DNA of 64,000 nt from Octopus vulgaris (GCA_951406725.2 OX597825.1:32178001-32242000), one strand, 5' to 3'. Counted from the first letter of the stretch, positions 1-13,115 are shown. A program made the numbers and translations. Notes: a model not told the origin generated them from the sequence alone.

Positions 1-20
1 TCTGTCTGTCTATCTATCTT

Positions 21-64
<44 letters not shown>

Positions 65-100
65 CCGTCTGTCTGTCTCTGTCTGTCTGTCTATCTCTCT
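1..100. repeat. (TCTA)n/(TCTG)n microsatellite
   Basis: Direct tetranucleotide repeats. Confidence 0.9.
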
Positions 101-537
101 TTTTGCCACACTAATATGTTAATCCCTCAAATTTCTGAATGTGTAACTATGTTTATATATTCTGTATCTGTTTGTCATCCTGTCTGTCTGCTTCTCACTT
201 CATCTGCTTGTCTGCCTGTTTGTGTTTCATTCCGTTGGTTTCTGACATTGTTTCTTTCTCTCAATGTTGTTTCTGTAAACCAGCAATGTAATTTAGACTA
301 AATCCATAATTGTGTGTTTTTATCAGTGTATGGTCGGTTGGCTTGTATTTCTTGGGAGAAACGAAAGAATGAGGAAAATGGTAAAGAAAATAGGAGGATG
401 TCTATACATAAGAAAATGGAGGTAAATATCAAAAAATATATTAGTTTCCTAAAAGCCTTGTAAAGTCAATATACTCTGTTTCATTTTCTTGGCATTGAAT
501 ATGGTAGTTACTCATGTATAATATGTACTCATGTATA

Positions 538-771
538 TATTTCTTTACTGCCCTCAAGGGGCTAAACATAGAGGGGACAAACAAGGACAGACAAAGGGAT
601 TAAGTCAATTACATCGACCCCAGTGTGAAACTGGTAGTTAATTTATCGACCCTGAAAGGATGAAAGGCAAAATTGACCTTGGCGGAATTTGAACTCAGAA
701 CGTAACGACAGATGAAATACCGCTAAGCATTTCGCCCGGCGCACTAACGTTTCTGCCAGCTCGCCGCCTTC
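538..771 (-). mobile_element. tRNA-derived SINE family A, full length
   Basis: Minus strand has an A-box-like head (AGCTGGCAGAAACGTTAG), a B-box GAGTTCAAATTCC and the central GCCTTTCATCCTTTC..GTCGATAAATT motif. 18-bp TSD AATATGTACTCATGTATA at 520-537 and 772-789. Many other copies in the window. Confidence 0.9.
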
Positions 772-879
772 AATATGTACTCATGTATAATGTGCAACCC
801 TCTCTTATAGGCTATGATGTCTCAGATAAAATATCTCATGTATAATATAAACTGTATTTTCTTTAGTATTACATCAATC

Positions 880-1345
880 CATCTTCCTTACCCATTATTC
901 CTGGGGAGGTCATAGGGGTAGAGTCTTCAGGTATCTCTTCCATGAGGTCATATCAGAAACAGTTGTCATAACACTTTCTGGCTGGATTCTTTAGTGTGAC
1001 CAACTGAAAATCTAGATGGCCATGGCTGGAATGACCTTAGATTTCCTGCTCGACGGCTTAGCTTGACAGATTCATCTTGCGATCCTTTCTTGTAACATTC
1101 TAATTACATCTCCATAGTACTGGAACTGTGACTCCTCAATGCCAAGAGGTAGCATCTCAACCTCAACGGCCTTCTTGATCTCCAAGCTATGCACACTGTC
1201 AAGTAACATTATCCCAGAGATCTTTTGGAGGAATCCCATTTCTGCCATTTGTATTCTTGATTGAACTCTTTTGGTCATTACCCATTATTCATGAGCATAG
1301 GTGAGGATAGGCATGAAAACTGAACTGAAGATAGCAAGTTTTAAT
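880..1345 (-). mobile_element. RTE-clade LINE 3' fragment (Expander/REX3-like), degenerate
   Basis: Translation ..PILTYAHE*WVMTKRVQSRIQMAEMGFLQKISG..QYYGDVIRM resembles the RTE ORF C-terminal region. Confidence 0.75.
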
Positions 1346-1458
1346 ATTACAGTGTATGGAGAAAAAAAAAAGTGGGGATCTAGCCTGGATGTTGTAACAG
1401 AGGGAACTCTGCTAAAGGCACCCAAACACCAAGTGGTTGTGTTAATCCAAATGATGGA

Positions 1459-1675
1459 CTAACCTTTTAGCATTTAATCCAGCCATATCCAGCCTGAATA
1501 TTCTATCTGTTTTATGTTCAAGCTGGCCAGAGCTGGCATCTCATACCTACCCTGCAATGTCATTCAGAAATAAATTATCATATCACTGGAATCTTGAAGC
1601 TACAAGATAATGCATGATTTATTCAAAACAGTGAATAAATAAGCATCACATTTGATAGAATAATTTGAATGTTAA
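1459..1675 (+). mobile_element. TTAA/CCC-ended MITE family 1, degenerate
   Basis: Homologous to 37034-37261 and, inverted, to 46993-47216. Confidence 0.6.
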
Positions 1676-1901
1676 TCAAAGTTCACTGCAAATATTTGAA
1701 ATCAAAACCTAAAGGGCTGGAACAAATATGACACAGTATCTTGGCAGATGCTCGAATGATTCCACCAGTTTATTTCTCTTGACTGGTATTTTACTTATTG
1801 AACCTGAAAAGATGATAGACAAGGTTGAACCTTGGTAGGATTTGAACTCAGAACAGATAAGGAGCCAGAAGAATAAACCCGCAATGCATATCTTCTGATA
1901 T

Positions 1902-2286
1902 TCTTTTCTGCTCTTGGCACAAGGCCCAACATTTTTGGGGAAGGGGCCAGTCGATAAACTCCAGTACACAACTGGTACTTAATTTATCGACCCCGAAAGG
2001 CAAAGTTGATCTCAGTGGAATTTGAACTCAGAATGTAAAAACAGACAAAATACCTATTTCTTTACTACCCACAAGGGGCTAAACACAGAGGAGACAAACA
2101 AGGACAGACAGACGGATTAAGTTGATTATATCGATCCCAGTGTGTAACTGGTACTTAATTTATCGACCCTGAAAGGATGAAAGGCAAAGTCGACCTCGGC
2201 AGAATTTGAACTCAGAACGTAATGGCAGACGAAATACTGCAAAGCATTTCGCCCGGTGTGCTAACGTTTCTACTAGCTTGCCGCTT
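1902..2286 (-). mobile_element. Dimeric/compound SINE family A
   Basis: Full monomer at 2055-2286 joined directly to a 5'-truncated monomer with a different tail at 1902-2054. Confidence 0.8.
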
Positions 2287-3099
2287 TGCATTTCTTCTGA
2301 TATTCTAACACAGACATGGTCAACTTTTTTTCTGAGAAATGGGCTACATGAGACATGGCTGATTGTCAGACAGGTTGCATTACTAAAAAAGGCTCAAGAT
2401 AATTTTATGTTGGGCCATTCTAAAAGCACTGCTGGCCACATGTGGCTTGCAGGTTGCATTGTCTTCATGACTGCTCTAATGATTGCTAAGTTGCCTCATA
2501 CACATCTGCATATGTGTGAGAGCATGCAGGTTCTGTGTACAAACAGATCCATGTGATCAGTGGTCAACAGAAGTTGTATTTTCCATCCACTATTTGACAA
2601 CAACAACAACAACAGCAACGGCAGCAGCTTATCGTCCATGTAAACTTTTACACCATGAACCTCTCCGTCTCTCTCTCTCTCTCACTCTGTTTCTCTCTCT
2701 GTCTCTCTCTTTCAGTCTGTTTCTCTCTCTATCTCCCTCTCTCTCTCTCGTATCCACAGAGTTTTTTTCACTCTTTTCGCAAGCTCTGTAATTTAAAACA
2801 ATTAACTATTGGCTGTCATTTTATTAAGTTAATTAAGTCCCTTAGCACTGTGAGTATAATTACATATGATGTGTCTGATATATCGATGTGTCCGATATGT
2901 TCTCTACTAGAATACATTGTGGGGTGGTGGTGGTAGTGGGGAGTCAGGCCAGTTGTGTTGATGGATGATGGATGGAGGAGTGGATTACTCTTTTAACACA
3001 TAGAGACCAAAGAGGAATGCTTCATGATGATGATGATGATGATAGTTATGGTGGTGGTGGTGGTGGTGGTGGTTGGTGATGGTGGATGTTGTTTGTGTT

Positions 3100-3305
3100 G
3101 TTGTTGTTTAGCCACAAATCAGTCCTGGTCAAGCAGGCATTAATCAAAGACATTCCAGTCATGACCATTTCACCTTTGCCTATGGGCAAGGAATCCAGCT
3201 CCACATCATCCATTGTGTTCTTTTCTAAGACTACTTGGTGTGGAGAGTTTTGAGGGAGATTTAGCTGTTGTTTCTTGCAGGTTGAGTGACCGCATGGTGA
3301 CTCTT
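3100..3305 (-). mobile_element. Dispersed ~200-bp repeat family E with (CAA)n tail
   Basis: Shares the CTGCTAGAAATAGCAGCCAAATCTCC and ATGGTCATGGCTGGAATG..TTTGAT motifs with about 10 other copies. Confidence 0.65.
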
Positions 3306-3444
3306 TTAATTCTTTCTATTGATTTTAGTAGTTAGTTTGATATTGTTGTTGTATAGCCCAAAGTTCCTGTTAGAGCAGGCTTTTATCAAAAGCATTCCAG
3401 CCATGGCCATCTAGATTTTCTCTAGGTTTAATTGTTTGGAGGAC

Positions 3445-3772
3445 AAATGTCAAGGTAGAAAATGCTAAAATAATTTTTTTATAAAAAACATTTTAGTACC
3501 GGTTTCAGTCATTGAGACTTTTTTTCAACTCTAAGTATGGAAAACAATTAAATTTTGGAAAAATTAAATGTAAAGTGTTTCAAAAGAATATTTTCATAGT
3601 ATTCAAATACTAGGAAAATGCCCTTGTATTTGAATAATATGCAGATATCTTTTTTAAAAAACTTTGCATTTAATTTTTCCAAAATTTGTCTTCCATATTT
3701 GAAGAGTTGAAAAAGTCTCAATGACTGAAACCGGTACTAAAATATTTTTTATGATAAAATTATTTCAGCGTT
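3445..3772. mobile_element. End-truncated copy of the fold-back element at 9683-10042
   Basis: Near-identical to 9693-10019; interrupts a family E repeat. Confidence 0.9.
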
Positions 3773-4264
3773 GTGGGAGATTTGACTGCTATTTCTTAAT
3801 CATTACTGTTGAGTGGTCACAGCCCCTGTTCTACAGGTTTGTTATTAGAATGTCACAAGAAAGAATCACAAGATGACTTCTTCAAGCTGAGCCAGTTGAC
3901 AGGAAACCTAGGGGTAGACTGAGAATGAAGGGCTTGGATAATATTCATAGTGCCAGTGGTGTGCTCAGCCATTTGTACATTAATTTCCCAAGCAGGCTGT
4001 CTATTAATTGGATCCACTGGAACCTGACATGTTCCATTTGCTGTAAATATGTTAAAAGAGGGTGGGTTCACACTGGCTAATGTATTCTTAAAAATGAATG
4101 TGGTGGTCACAGCTTGAATGCCTTTAATCATAGGTCTTTTCAGTAAGGGCTGTACCAGAAGAAAGGAGCTGATAGTGAGGGGAATAAACAACAAACACAA
4201 GTAGGAATTGTTAAACATTTTCAAGCTTGTTTGTTCATTTTACATTCATTTTTTCCCCCATGTA

Positions 4265-4680
4265 TAGGCGTAGGAGTGGCTGTGTGGTAAGTAGCTTGCT
4301 TATGAACCCCATGGTTCCGGATTCAGTCCCACTGCGTGACATCTTGGGCAAATGTCTTCTACTATAGCCTCGGGCTGACCAAAACCTTGTGAGTAGATTT
4401 GGTAGATGGAAACTGAAAGAAGCCCGTCGTATATATGTATATATATATGTATATATATGTATGTTTATGTGTTTGTGTGTCTGTGTTTATCCCCCCAACA
4501 TCGCTTGACAACCGATGCTGGTGTGTTTATGCCCCCGTAACTTAGTGGTTCAGCAAAAGAGACCAATAGATAAGTACTAGGCTTACAAAGAATAAGTCTT
4601 GGGGTCAATTTGCTCGACTAAAGGCAGTGCTCCAGCACGGCCACAGTCAAATGACTGAAACAAGTAAAAGAGTAAAGAGT
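4265..4680 (+). mobile_element. tRNA-derived SINE family B (CORE-like block, internal TA/TG microsatellite)
   Basis: Head GGAGTGGCTGTGTGGTAAG, B-box-like GGATTCAGTCCC, TTGGGCAA block, tail GTAAAAGAGT; more than 15 copies in the window. Confidence 0.9.
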
Positions 4681-5102
4681 ATTTTTGCATGGCTTGGCTG
4701 AGTACAAATTCTTGTGGGATTTTAATTTTGCAGCCAGATGCACTTCCTGTTGCTTACTTTTATCACTTTTGCAAGTAATGGATTTATTTCTAGTTTCATA
4801 TGCCTTTGAAAGCACAACACTTAAAGAATAATTTGTTGACAAGGAATGTCAGCAGACGTTGCTATTTTTTAGCTCAATACTTTCTAGTAAAGATGCCGAC
4901 ATCTAAAATTTCTTATACTTCATACTATAGAGAACATGAACACGAAGAACATGAATATTTTTCTAAATGTTATCCATTTGATTAATGAGAGACAGGTTTA
5001 ACAGACGTTAGAGGTGGGACCGGGGGAGGGGGGTTTAAACAAATAAATAATATTATGACCAGGTATTCATGGGAAATAACATGGATGATGGACAAAAGAA
5101 AA

Positions 5103-5114
5103 TGTGTGTGTGTG

Positions 5115-5157
<43 letters not shown>

Positions 5158-5185
5158 ATGTGTGTGTGTGTGCGTGTGTGTGTGT
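5103..5185. repeat. (TG)n microsatellite
   Basis: Direct repeats. Confidence 0.9.
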
Positions 5186-6436
5186 CTGTATGTGAATATG
5201 GCGAACTTCAAAAGTGAAAGTGACTCAACATTAAACTTCGGTAAAGATCAAGTGGACATCTCCAGTCTTTCAATTTGTGAATGAAGAAGAGATAAAAATG
5301 GAGAAAACTTGCTTTGCAAGGCTTAGCATCTGTTGAAAGTTCTCTTTCACAAAAAGAAAAGAAAGAAAAAAAGAAGATTCTCATAGATTCCTTATTGCTG
5401 ACATTTGAGACGCTGACTCTCCCTAAAGAATTCTGAATTGGATATTACAATTTAAAGGTTGAGCCAGATATTTATAATCCTTTAAAATGTTTCAAGTGTC
5501 ATCCATTTGTCCATTCAAAGACTTCGTTGCAGAGAGAAATTTAGTTCTGTTGGCAATGCTGGATCAGAAGGTGATGCCACTAATAAATGCATATCTGAAG
5601 GAATCTATTATATACCAACTGTAAGAGAAGTCTTTTCTTTCTTTTCAAATTGTGTCTGATTTACATCATTGAGAAATAAATCCAACAAGTTCAAACGAAC
5701 ATATTTGTTCACTTTCCTGCATAAGTACAAAACAGAATTCGTTCAGCATAAATTTTAATCCAAAACTGTGTTGAAATCAAAATTATTATATTCTGAAAGA
5801 ATCATTATTACCATAAATTTGCACAAGCAAACTGCACTTAATGCATGCATTTATTACTTGTACTACATTCCTAGAATATAACTAGATAAAACAGAAAATA
5901 TCTGCAAAATAACTCATCCAAGTCAATCTGTTTGTCTGTCTGTCTGTCTCTCCCTCTCTCTCTCACTCCATATATGTATTTGTATGTGCGTGTGTGAACT
6001 TTAGGTTGGTTAAAATCTGTTTGTGACATATTTATCAATGGGAAATACCCAAGAGAGGCAACTCTGGATAGGCTTTATCAAAGTCATTGACTGATTTGCA
6101 CCTGTTGACCGCATACGTCTTGGAAGTTACTGTAGGTCTTTCAGGAACATATTTTTCATGCTTTGATTTGCTGAAGAATGGAATAAGCTACCTGCATCAG
6201 TTGTTAGCTGTTGAGACACACTATCCTTCAAAATTTCCATGCTTCCTGAAATTTGCCAACAATACATCTGATGCCCCCCAGCCATCAACCCTGATTCTTC
6301 TTTTTTTAAGACTTGTTCACTGTTCGTTTCCTGTATATATTTTATGTACTTTTCATGCAGTTTTGCCTACTTTTCCTAAGCATTGTATAAAGTAAGTTCA
6401 TTATTATGTTATCATATACATGTCTACAAATATATT

Positions 6437-6782
<346 letters not shown>

Positions 6783-8108
6783 GTATGGGGCCCTGGGATA
6801 TGTAGCATACTGCCTAAATACCAATCTTGAGAAATTAGGCTTCTCAAAACCAGAAAGGAGAAAGCTAATTTGAAGACTACAGATCCAATCCATCACCGGA
6901 ACTGTAAAAATCTGTAAAACTTTCCAGAAGTTCATCATTTAAATATATATGAGCATGTCTAGAGATGCAACTATATGCATGACAATACATACATAAAACA
7001 AATCATACAAATCTGCACACACACATGCATACATGCATACATACATACATACATACATACATACATACATACATACATACATACATACATACAAACAAAC
7101 AAACAAACAAACAAAAATACCCTGTTGATGTTGAAATTCCTATGAAGGAGCCTTGAATCTAGGTTAGAAACCGGCTCTTTCTCTATTGGCAAGAAATCTT
7201 GAAATAAAACTGGACAATGACATACAGACATGCATGTGTGTGAAGGACTGGTTGTGAGGTTAAGATGTTTCCTTCTCAACCATAAGATTTTGGGTTCTGT
7301 CCCACAGCACAGCTCCTCAGGGAAATCATCATCATTGTTTAACGTCCGTTCTCCATGCTAGCATGGGTTGGACGGTTCGACTGGGGATCTAGGAAGCCAG
7401 AAGGCTGCACCAGGCTCCAGTCTGATCTGGCAGTGTTTCTACAGCTGGATGCCCTTCCTAATGCCAGGATGCCCTTCCATCTCATGGCTAACCAAAGCCT
7501 TGTGAGTGAATCTGGAAGGCAGAAACCAAAATAAAAACTGCTGTGTGTGTATGTGTGTGCATGTGTGTTAGCGTATGTGTGAGCGCGTGTGTGTGTGCCT
7601 GTGTGTGTGTGTGTGTGTGTGTCTGCAAGCACCTGTAATTCTAACATGTAATTCAGCCCTCTGCCTTCCATCACTCATGAATACAGACCTGAGATATTTA
7701 AATTTCTTAGGAGAGAAAAACTAGGATTTTAACTGTGGCAGAGTGAATCTTGTTTCACTAACATCAAATCCAGAATGGTAATGATAAATAATCTATTAGA
7801 ACTGCTGAAGTTTATTGATCAGCTTAACAAAACTAAATCTCCTACTTAAAAATATTATTTCTAATGTATTATTAACATATAAGAAATTTTTAAAAAATAA
7901 TTTCAATAACTTCAATAATTTCAATAATGGACACAGTAACACCTGTATCCCTGGTGACAGAATTAATGGTGCTTCTCTTATATTTCTCTACAGAACAAAA
8001 AAAGAAAAAATCAATTCTACATAGGTGCAGATGTGGCTATGTAGTAAGAAATTTGCTTCTTAACCATGTAGCTTGGGGTTCAGTTCCACTGCATGACATC
8101 TTGGGCAC

Positions 8109-8146
<38 letters not shown>

Positions 8147-8147
<1 letters not shown>

Positions 8148-8565
8148 TCTTTTACTCTTTTACTCTTTTACTTGTTTCAGTCATTTGACTGTGGCCATGC
8201 TGGAGCACCGCCTTTAGTCGAGCAAATCGACCCCGGGACTTATTCTTTGTAAGCCCAGTACTTATTCTATCGGTCTCTTTTGCCGAACCGCTAAGTGATG
8301 GGGACGTAAACACACAAGCATTGGTTGTCAAGCAATGCTAGAGGGACAAACACAGACACACAAACATATACACACACATACATATATATATACATATATA
8401 CGACATGCTTCTTTCAGTTTCTGTCTACCAAATCCACTCACAAGGCTTTGGTCAGCCCGAGGCTATATCAGAAGACACTTGCCCAAGATGCCACGCAGTG
8501 GGACTGAACCCGGAACCATGTGGTTCATAAGCAAGCTACTTACCACACAGCCACTCCTGTGCCTA
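8147..8565 (-). mobile_element. SINE family B, full length
   Basis: Reverse complement of the 4265-4680 type. Confidence 0.9.
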
Positions 8566-8618
8566 AACCTTCAAAGGTAATAATTATTATTAAAATTATA
8601 ATTTAGGGTATCTAAGGG

Positions 8619-8826
8619 ATACCTCCACGCTGGAAATAGCAGCCAAAACCTGACTCTAAACCCACATTAAATGTTCATACAGCACTAGGAGAAATATGCA
8701 ATTATATGCATGCCAGTAATTTTTTGCTAGTTCATCTTGTCCTTTTGTCTTCTCTCCTAGTGCTGTATGAACATTTAATGTGGTTTTAGAGTCAAGTTTT
8801 GGCTACTATTTCTAGCGTGGAGGTAT
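8619..8826. repeat. Inverted repeat with ~74-bp arms and a 60-bp spacer, next to (TA)n
   Basis: 8619-8692 pairs with 8753-8826. Confidence 0.85.
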
Positions 8827-8828
8827 AA

Positions 8829-8862
<34 letters not shown>

Positions 8863-8864
<2 letters not shown>

Positions 8865-9277
8865 CACCCATGCCAGTGGAGCGCTAACAGCTCCATCCAA
8901 ACAGGATCACTGCCAGAGCAGCTGTCTGGCATGTAAAGAGCACCACTTGAGCGTGATCGTTGTCAGCGTTCCCTCACTGGCATGTGAACAAAACATTTGA
9001 GTGAGGTCATTGCCAGTGCTGCTGGACTGGCTCCTGTACAGGTGAAATGTAAAAAAAACCATTTTCGAGCGTGGCCATTGCCAGTACCACCAGACTGGCC
9101 CTAATGCCGGTAGCACTTTAAAAGCACCCACTACACTCTCAGAGTGGCTGGCGTTAGGAAGGGCATCAAGCTGTAGAAACTCTGCCAGATCAGATTGGAG
9201 CCTGGCGCAGCCATCTGGTTCGCCAGTCCTCAGTCAAATCGTCCAACCCATGCTAGCATGGAAAGTGGACGTTAAAC

Positions 9278-9318
<41 letters not shown>
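8863..9318 (+). mobile_element. RTE LINE 3' UTR fragment with (GAT)n tail
   Basis: Same 3' end as 46298-46885 (CCCATGCTAGCATGGAAA..GTTAAACGATGATG). Confidence 0.75.
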
Positions 9319-9319
<1 letters not shown>

Positions 9320-9334
9320 ATGTATGTATACTGT

Positions 9335-9613
9335 AAGTTCAATTGCTGGACCTGGCTTTGTGTTTTGTTCTTGAGCAAGAAACTTTATTTCATGTTGCTC
9401 CAGTTCACTCAATTGTAGAAATGAGTTGCAATGTCACTGGTGCCAAGCTGTATTGGTCTTTGGCTTTACCTTGGATAACATTGGTGGCATGGAGAAGTGA
9501 GGCTGGTATGCATGGACGATTGCTGGTCTTCCATAAACAACCTTGCCCAGACTTGTTCCTCAGAGGGGAACTTTTTAGGTGCAACCCTGTGGTTATTCAT
9601 GACCTAAGAGGGC

Positions 9614-9617
<4 letters not shown>
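9335..9617 (+). mobile_element. SINE-like repeat (family D), 5'-degenerate
   Basis: B-box-like AGTTCAATTG; CTTGAGCAAG..TTGCTCCAGTTCACTCA block shared with 27017, 32799 and 43990 copies. Confidence 0.55.
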
Positions 9618-9650
<33 letters not shown>

Positions 9651-9682
9651 GAAGGTCGAAAAGGAACACACAAGTTGATATG

Positions 9683-10042
9683 TATAAGGTAAAAATGTCA
9701 AGGTAGAAAATGCTAAAATAATTTTTTTATAAAAAACATTTTAGTACCGGTTTCAGTCATTGAGACTTTTTCAACTCTAAGTATGGAAAACAATTAAATT
9801 TTGGAAAAATTAAATGTAAAGTGTTTCAAAAGAATATTTTCATAGTATTCAAATACTAGGAAAATGCCCCTTGTATTTGAATAATATGCAGATATCTTTT
9901 TTAAAAAACTTTGCATTTAATTTTTCCAAAATTTGTCTTCCATATTTGAAGAGTTGAAAAAGTCTCAATGACTGAAACCGGTACTAAAATATTTTTTATG
10001 ATAAAATTATTTCAGCGTTTTCTACCTTAACTTTTTCTTATA
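9683..10042. mobile_element. 360-bp fold-back element between TA/CA microsatellites, with a hammerhead-like motif in each arm
   Basis: Whole element is an imperfect palindrome; TTGAAAA-AGTC-TCAAT-GACT-GAAA-CCGG-TA at 9954-9983. Confidence 0.8.
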
Positions 10043-10119
<77 letters not shown>

Positions 10120-12608
10120 TGAAGTGAAGATAATGTGATATTTAATGAGATATTACATTATTAGATTCTATGATAACAGAATCTGTGAAAAGCAAACTAT
10201 TTTTGTTTTATGCTGGATAATATCACTTTTTAAATAAAGTATAAAACATGATATGAAATGAAAATTAAAAACTAGTTTAAACACAAGGACAGTAAATCTT
10301 GTTGAAAAAAAATATCACAAAAATGGACCCATGATATTAATCATAGCCCATAGCCTATGAAATAAACTAGATAAAATGGTTAGTTAAAACTATTCATCAA
10401 GCAATTATTTTCATCTTTTTCAACTGAGAAAAAAAATGCAAGAATAAAATACATGGCAAAATTTTAATTCAAATAATAGAGAACAATACAACCTTTCATT
10501 TTCCTTTGAACAATATCACTCAAAAATCTATCTGTGAGATGGTAGCATTATGTTCTTCTTCATCATCATCCTAATCACCATCATGATCAGCATCATCATC
10601 ATTATCATTATCATCCCCATGCTAGCATGGAGAACGGACCTTAAACGATGATGATGATGATGATGATGATCATTTAACATTTGTCCACCATGCTGGCACG
10701 GGTTGTATGGTTTGACAGGAAGTGATATGCTGGAGGACTGTGCTGAATTCCACTGTCTACTTTTGCATGGTTTTTATGGTTGGATGCCATTCCCAGAACC
10801 AACCTAAGTGGCACCAGCACAGGCAAAGTCTGTTTTGGTAGAGTTTTTTACGACTAGATGTCCTTTCTGAAATCAATCACTTTACAGATCGGACTGGGTG
10901 CTTTTTACATGGTACCCAACATTTTCCAACAACCTGGTAGGGTATCATAGGACAGTTGTGGACTTTGTTTTGCAATCTAGATGCTTTGGGTTCAGTTTCA
11001 TTGTTTAACTCCTTCAGTAAGTTTCTTTTACTTTTTATCTTTGATTAACCAACATCTTGTGTGTGAAATTTGATAGAATGCCCTTTGTATGCATATTTTG
11101 TTCATTCATTCATTTAACATCCATTTTTCTAAATAACCATGAAAGTTATTAAGGAAGGATTTTACAACTGGAGGCTTTTTCTGTCACCAATCCTAAACTC
11201 AGAAATATTAAATTTTTAAATGTTTCAAAGTGACATGAGCGGTGGTGGAGTGATAGAGTGGTTGTATACTGTCAACTTAACGTGACAGTCCCGTATGGGA
11301 ATTACACCACTGCTGTTTAGCCCTAGGAAGCATCGAACGCTTCCTGTCGGCTTTGACACATTTTCTGTGTCCTTATATTTGTGAAGGGGAGGCAAGCACC
11401 CCTACCAGCCAAGATTCACACCTGAGGACATGCATGTTTCTGGGTTAAGGCCCAGAAACATGCAAATCCTAAACTGTTTTTCAAGAAAAGGATTTCTTTC
11501 TTTAACTGGTCTTTGAAAGCACGAAGCAACCAGCCATAACGTCAACATCATCTCCATTTTACTTAATTGGGGAAAAGTATTTAATATCATTCATGGGTGC
11601 GTAATTAAGAAGTTTGCTTCCCAACCATGTGGTCTTGGGTTCAGCCCCACTGTGCAGCACCTTGGGCAAGTGTCTTTTGCTATTGTTCCAGATATGGATT
11701 TGGTAGATGGAAACTAAAAGATGACTGTTGTGTCTATGTGTGTATGTGTGTGTTTCTCCTGTCTCTGTTCCTCCCTCTCTCTCTCTCTTCTGTCGCTGTA
11801 TATTGATAAAGGCGGTAAATATCAATGAAAGATGTAAACATTGGCAAAAATGCAGATGCTGTTTGTATGAAGGCCTCTGAGTTATAGATGCTTCCTTATC
11901 ATTCTTGCCACCAGAAATGTAATGAATCAGGAATTGGCTTGTTGGAAGCCTGTATTGTCTCCAAATTGCAATATGAAATGAGTAAACTTCTTTTATTTTT
12001 CTTTAACCCATCCGATCTGAAAGATATTATTATCCTCTTCCTTAGAAGGAATCTATCATTATTTCCACCAGACCAAAACCAAGAAACCATCATACTGATT
12101 CCCTTTAAGTTACAGGCCAATCTCTTATCAGTCAAACTACTTATGTAAAATACTTTTGAATAAATGATTAATGATGGACTGGTCTGGTTTATTGAATAAA
12201 ATATTATTCTCACTGATATTTAAGAGTCAGTGAAGAACCATCAATCATCTGATATACATAAGAGATGTGTTTATTGCCAAAGATGCTGCAGCTGTATTCT
12301 TCAGTTTTGAAGAAAAAAGTACGATACAACCTAAAAATATGAAATCCTAAAAGTTCAGAGACAATATGTCCCTTATATTAAAATTTCCAAGAGATTTTAT
12401 TGTACAGTTAGGTCCAAACTGATATACTGTAGTTCCCAGCATACAAGTCAAATTTTTCAGACCCAAATTTACAGGCAAAAATGGTAAGTTGATTTACACA
12501 CAAAGATGACTTTGGAGGATTTAAAATTCCATGTGAAATGCAGCAGGATTTGGGAAGCTAATGACAATGTTTGAATGTTTACATTACATACCATGTCATC
12601 TTGTATGC

Positions 12609-13115
12609 TTACTACTTGTACTTGTGGCAACATTCACCCTAGGTGGGTTGAGTCAGCTTCTTCTACCACCCTCGAGGCATCTAGAACCATGGCAGCCCAC
12701 GCATGATGGTCCTGCGCCAGTTCACTGGAGATAGCGAGCCAGTCACGGTTCCATCGGCGCAGGCCGATGTTGCCATTGTATTCGCTATTGAGAATTCATG
12801 GGAGAAGTTTCGTGGGAATATGTGGATTTCACAAGTGGTCCTCAACAATCCCGCATGTAGAGACATCCTATTTGCCGCAGATTGTCCGCAGACGCAGGGA
12901 CAGAATGGCTGAGGAGCCGCCAGTTGCTGAAACAGACACTCTGAGGATTTTCACCAGAGCCCCGTCTGCCGGGTTGTGGCCCTAATACCACTCGGTGTCA
13001 GACCAATCCACCTTGGGTGGCCCTACCAGGAACCAAAGTTCCCGACGGCATAGCTCTGACACTACCCGTTGCCAGTGTCCACACCACGGTGAGGAGGGGA
13101 TGGACTTTGGGGATG
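12609..13115 (-). mobile_element. Bipartite non-autonomous RTE derivative (5' UTR fused to ORF end and tail)
   Basis: 12-bp TSD CATCTTGTATGC at 12597-12608 and 13116-13127; minus strand ends RRWNRDWLAISSELAQDHHAWAAMVLDASRVVEEADSTHLG* followed by a CAAGTACAAGTA tail. Confidence 0.8.

Noticed and set aside
3853-4224. 123-aa ORF with a signal-peptide-like start
   Set aside because: Overlaps a family E repeat and other decayed repeat sequence; no recognisable domain.
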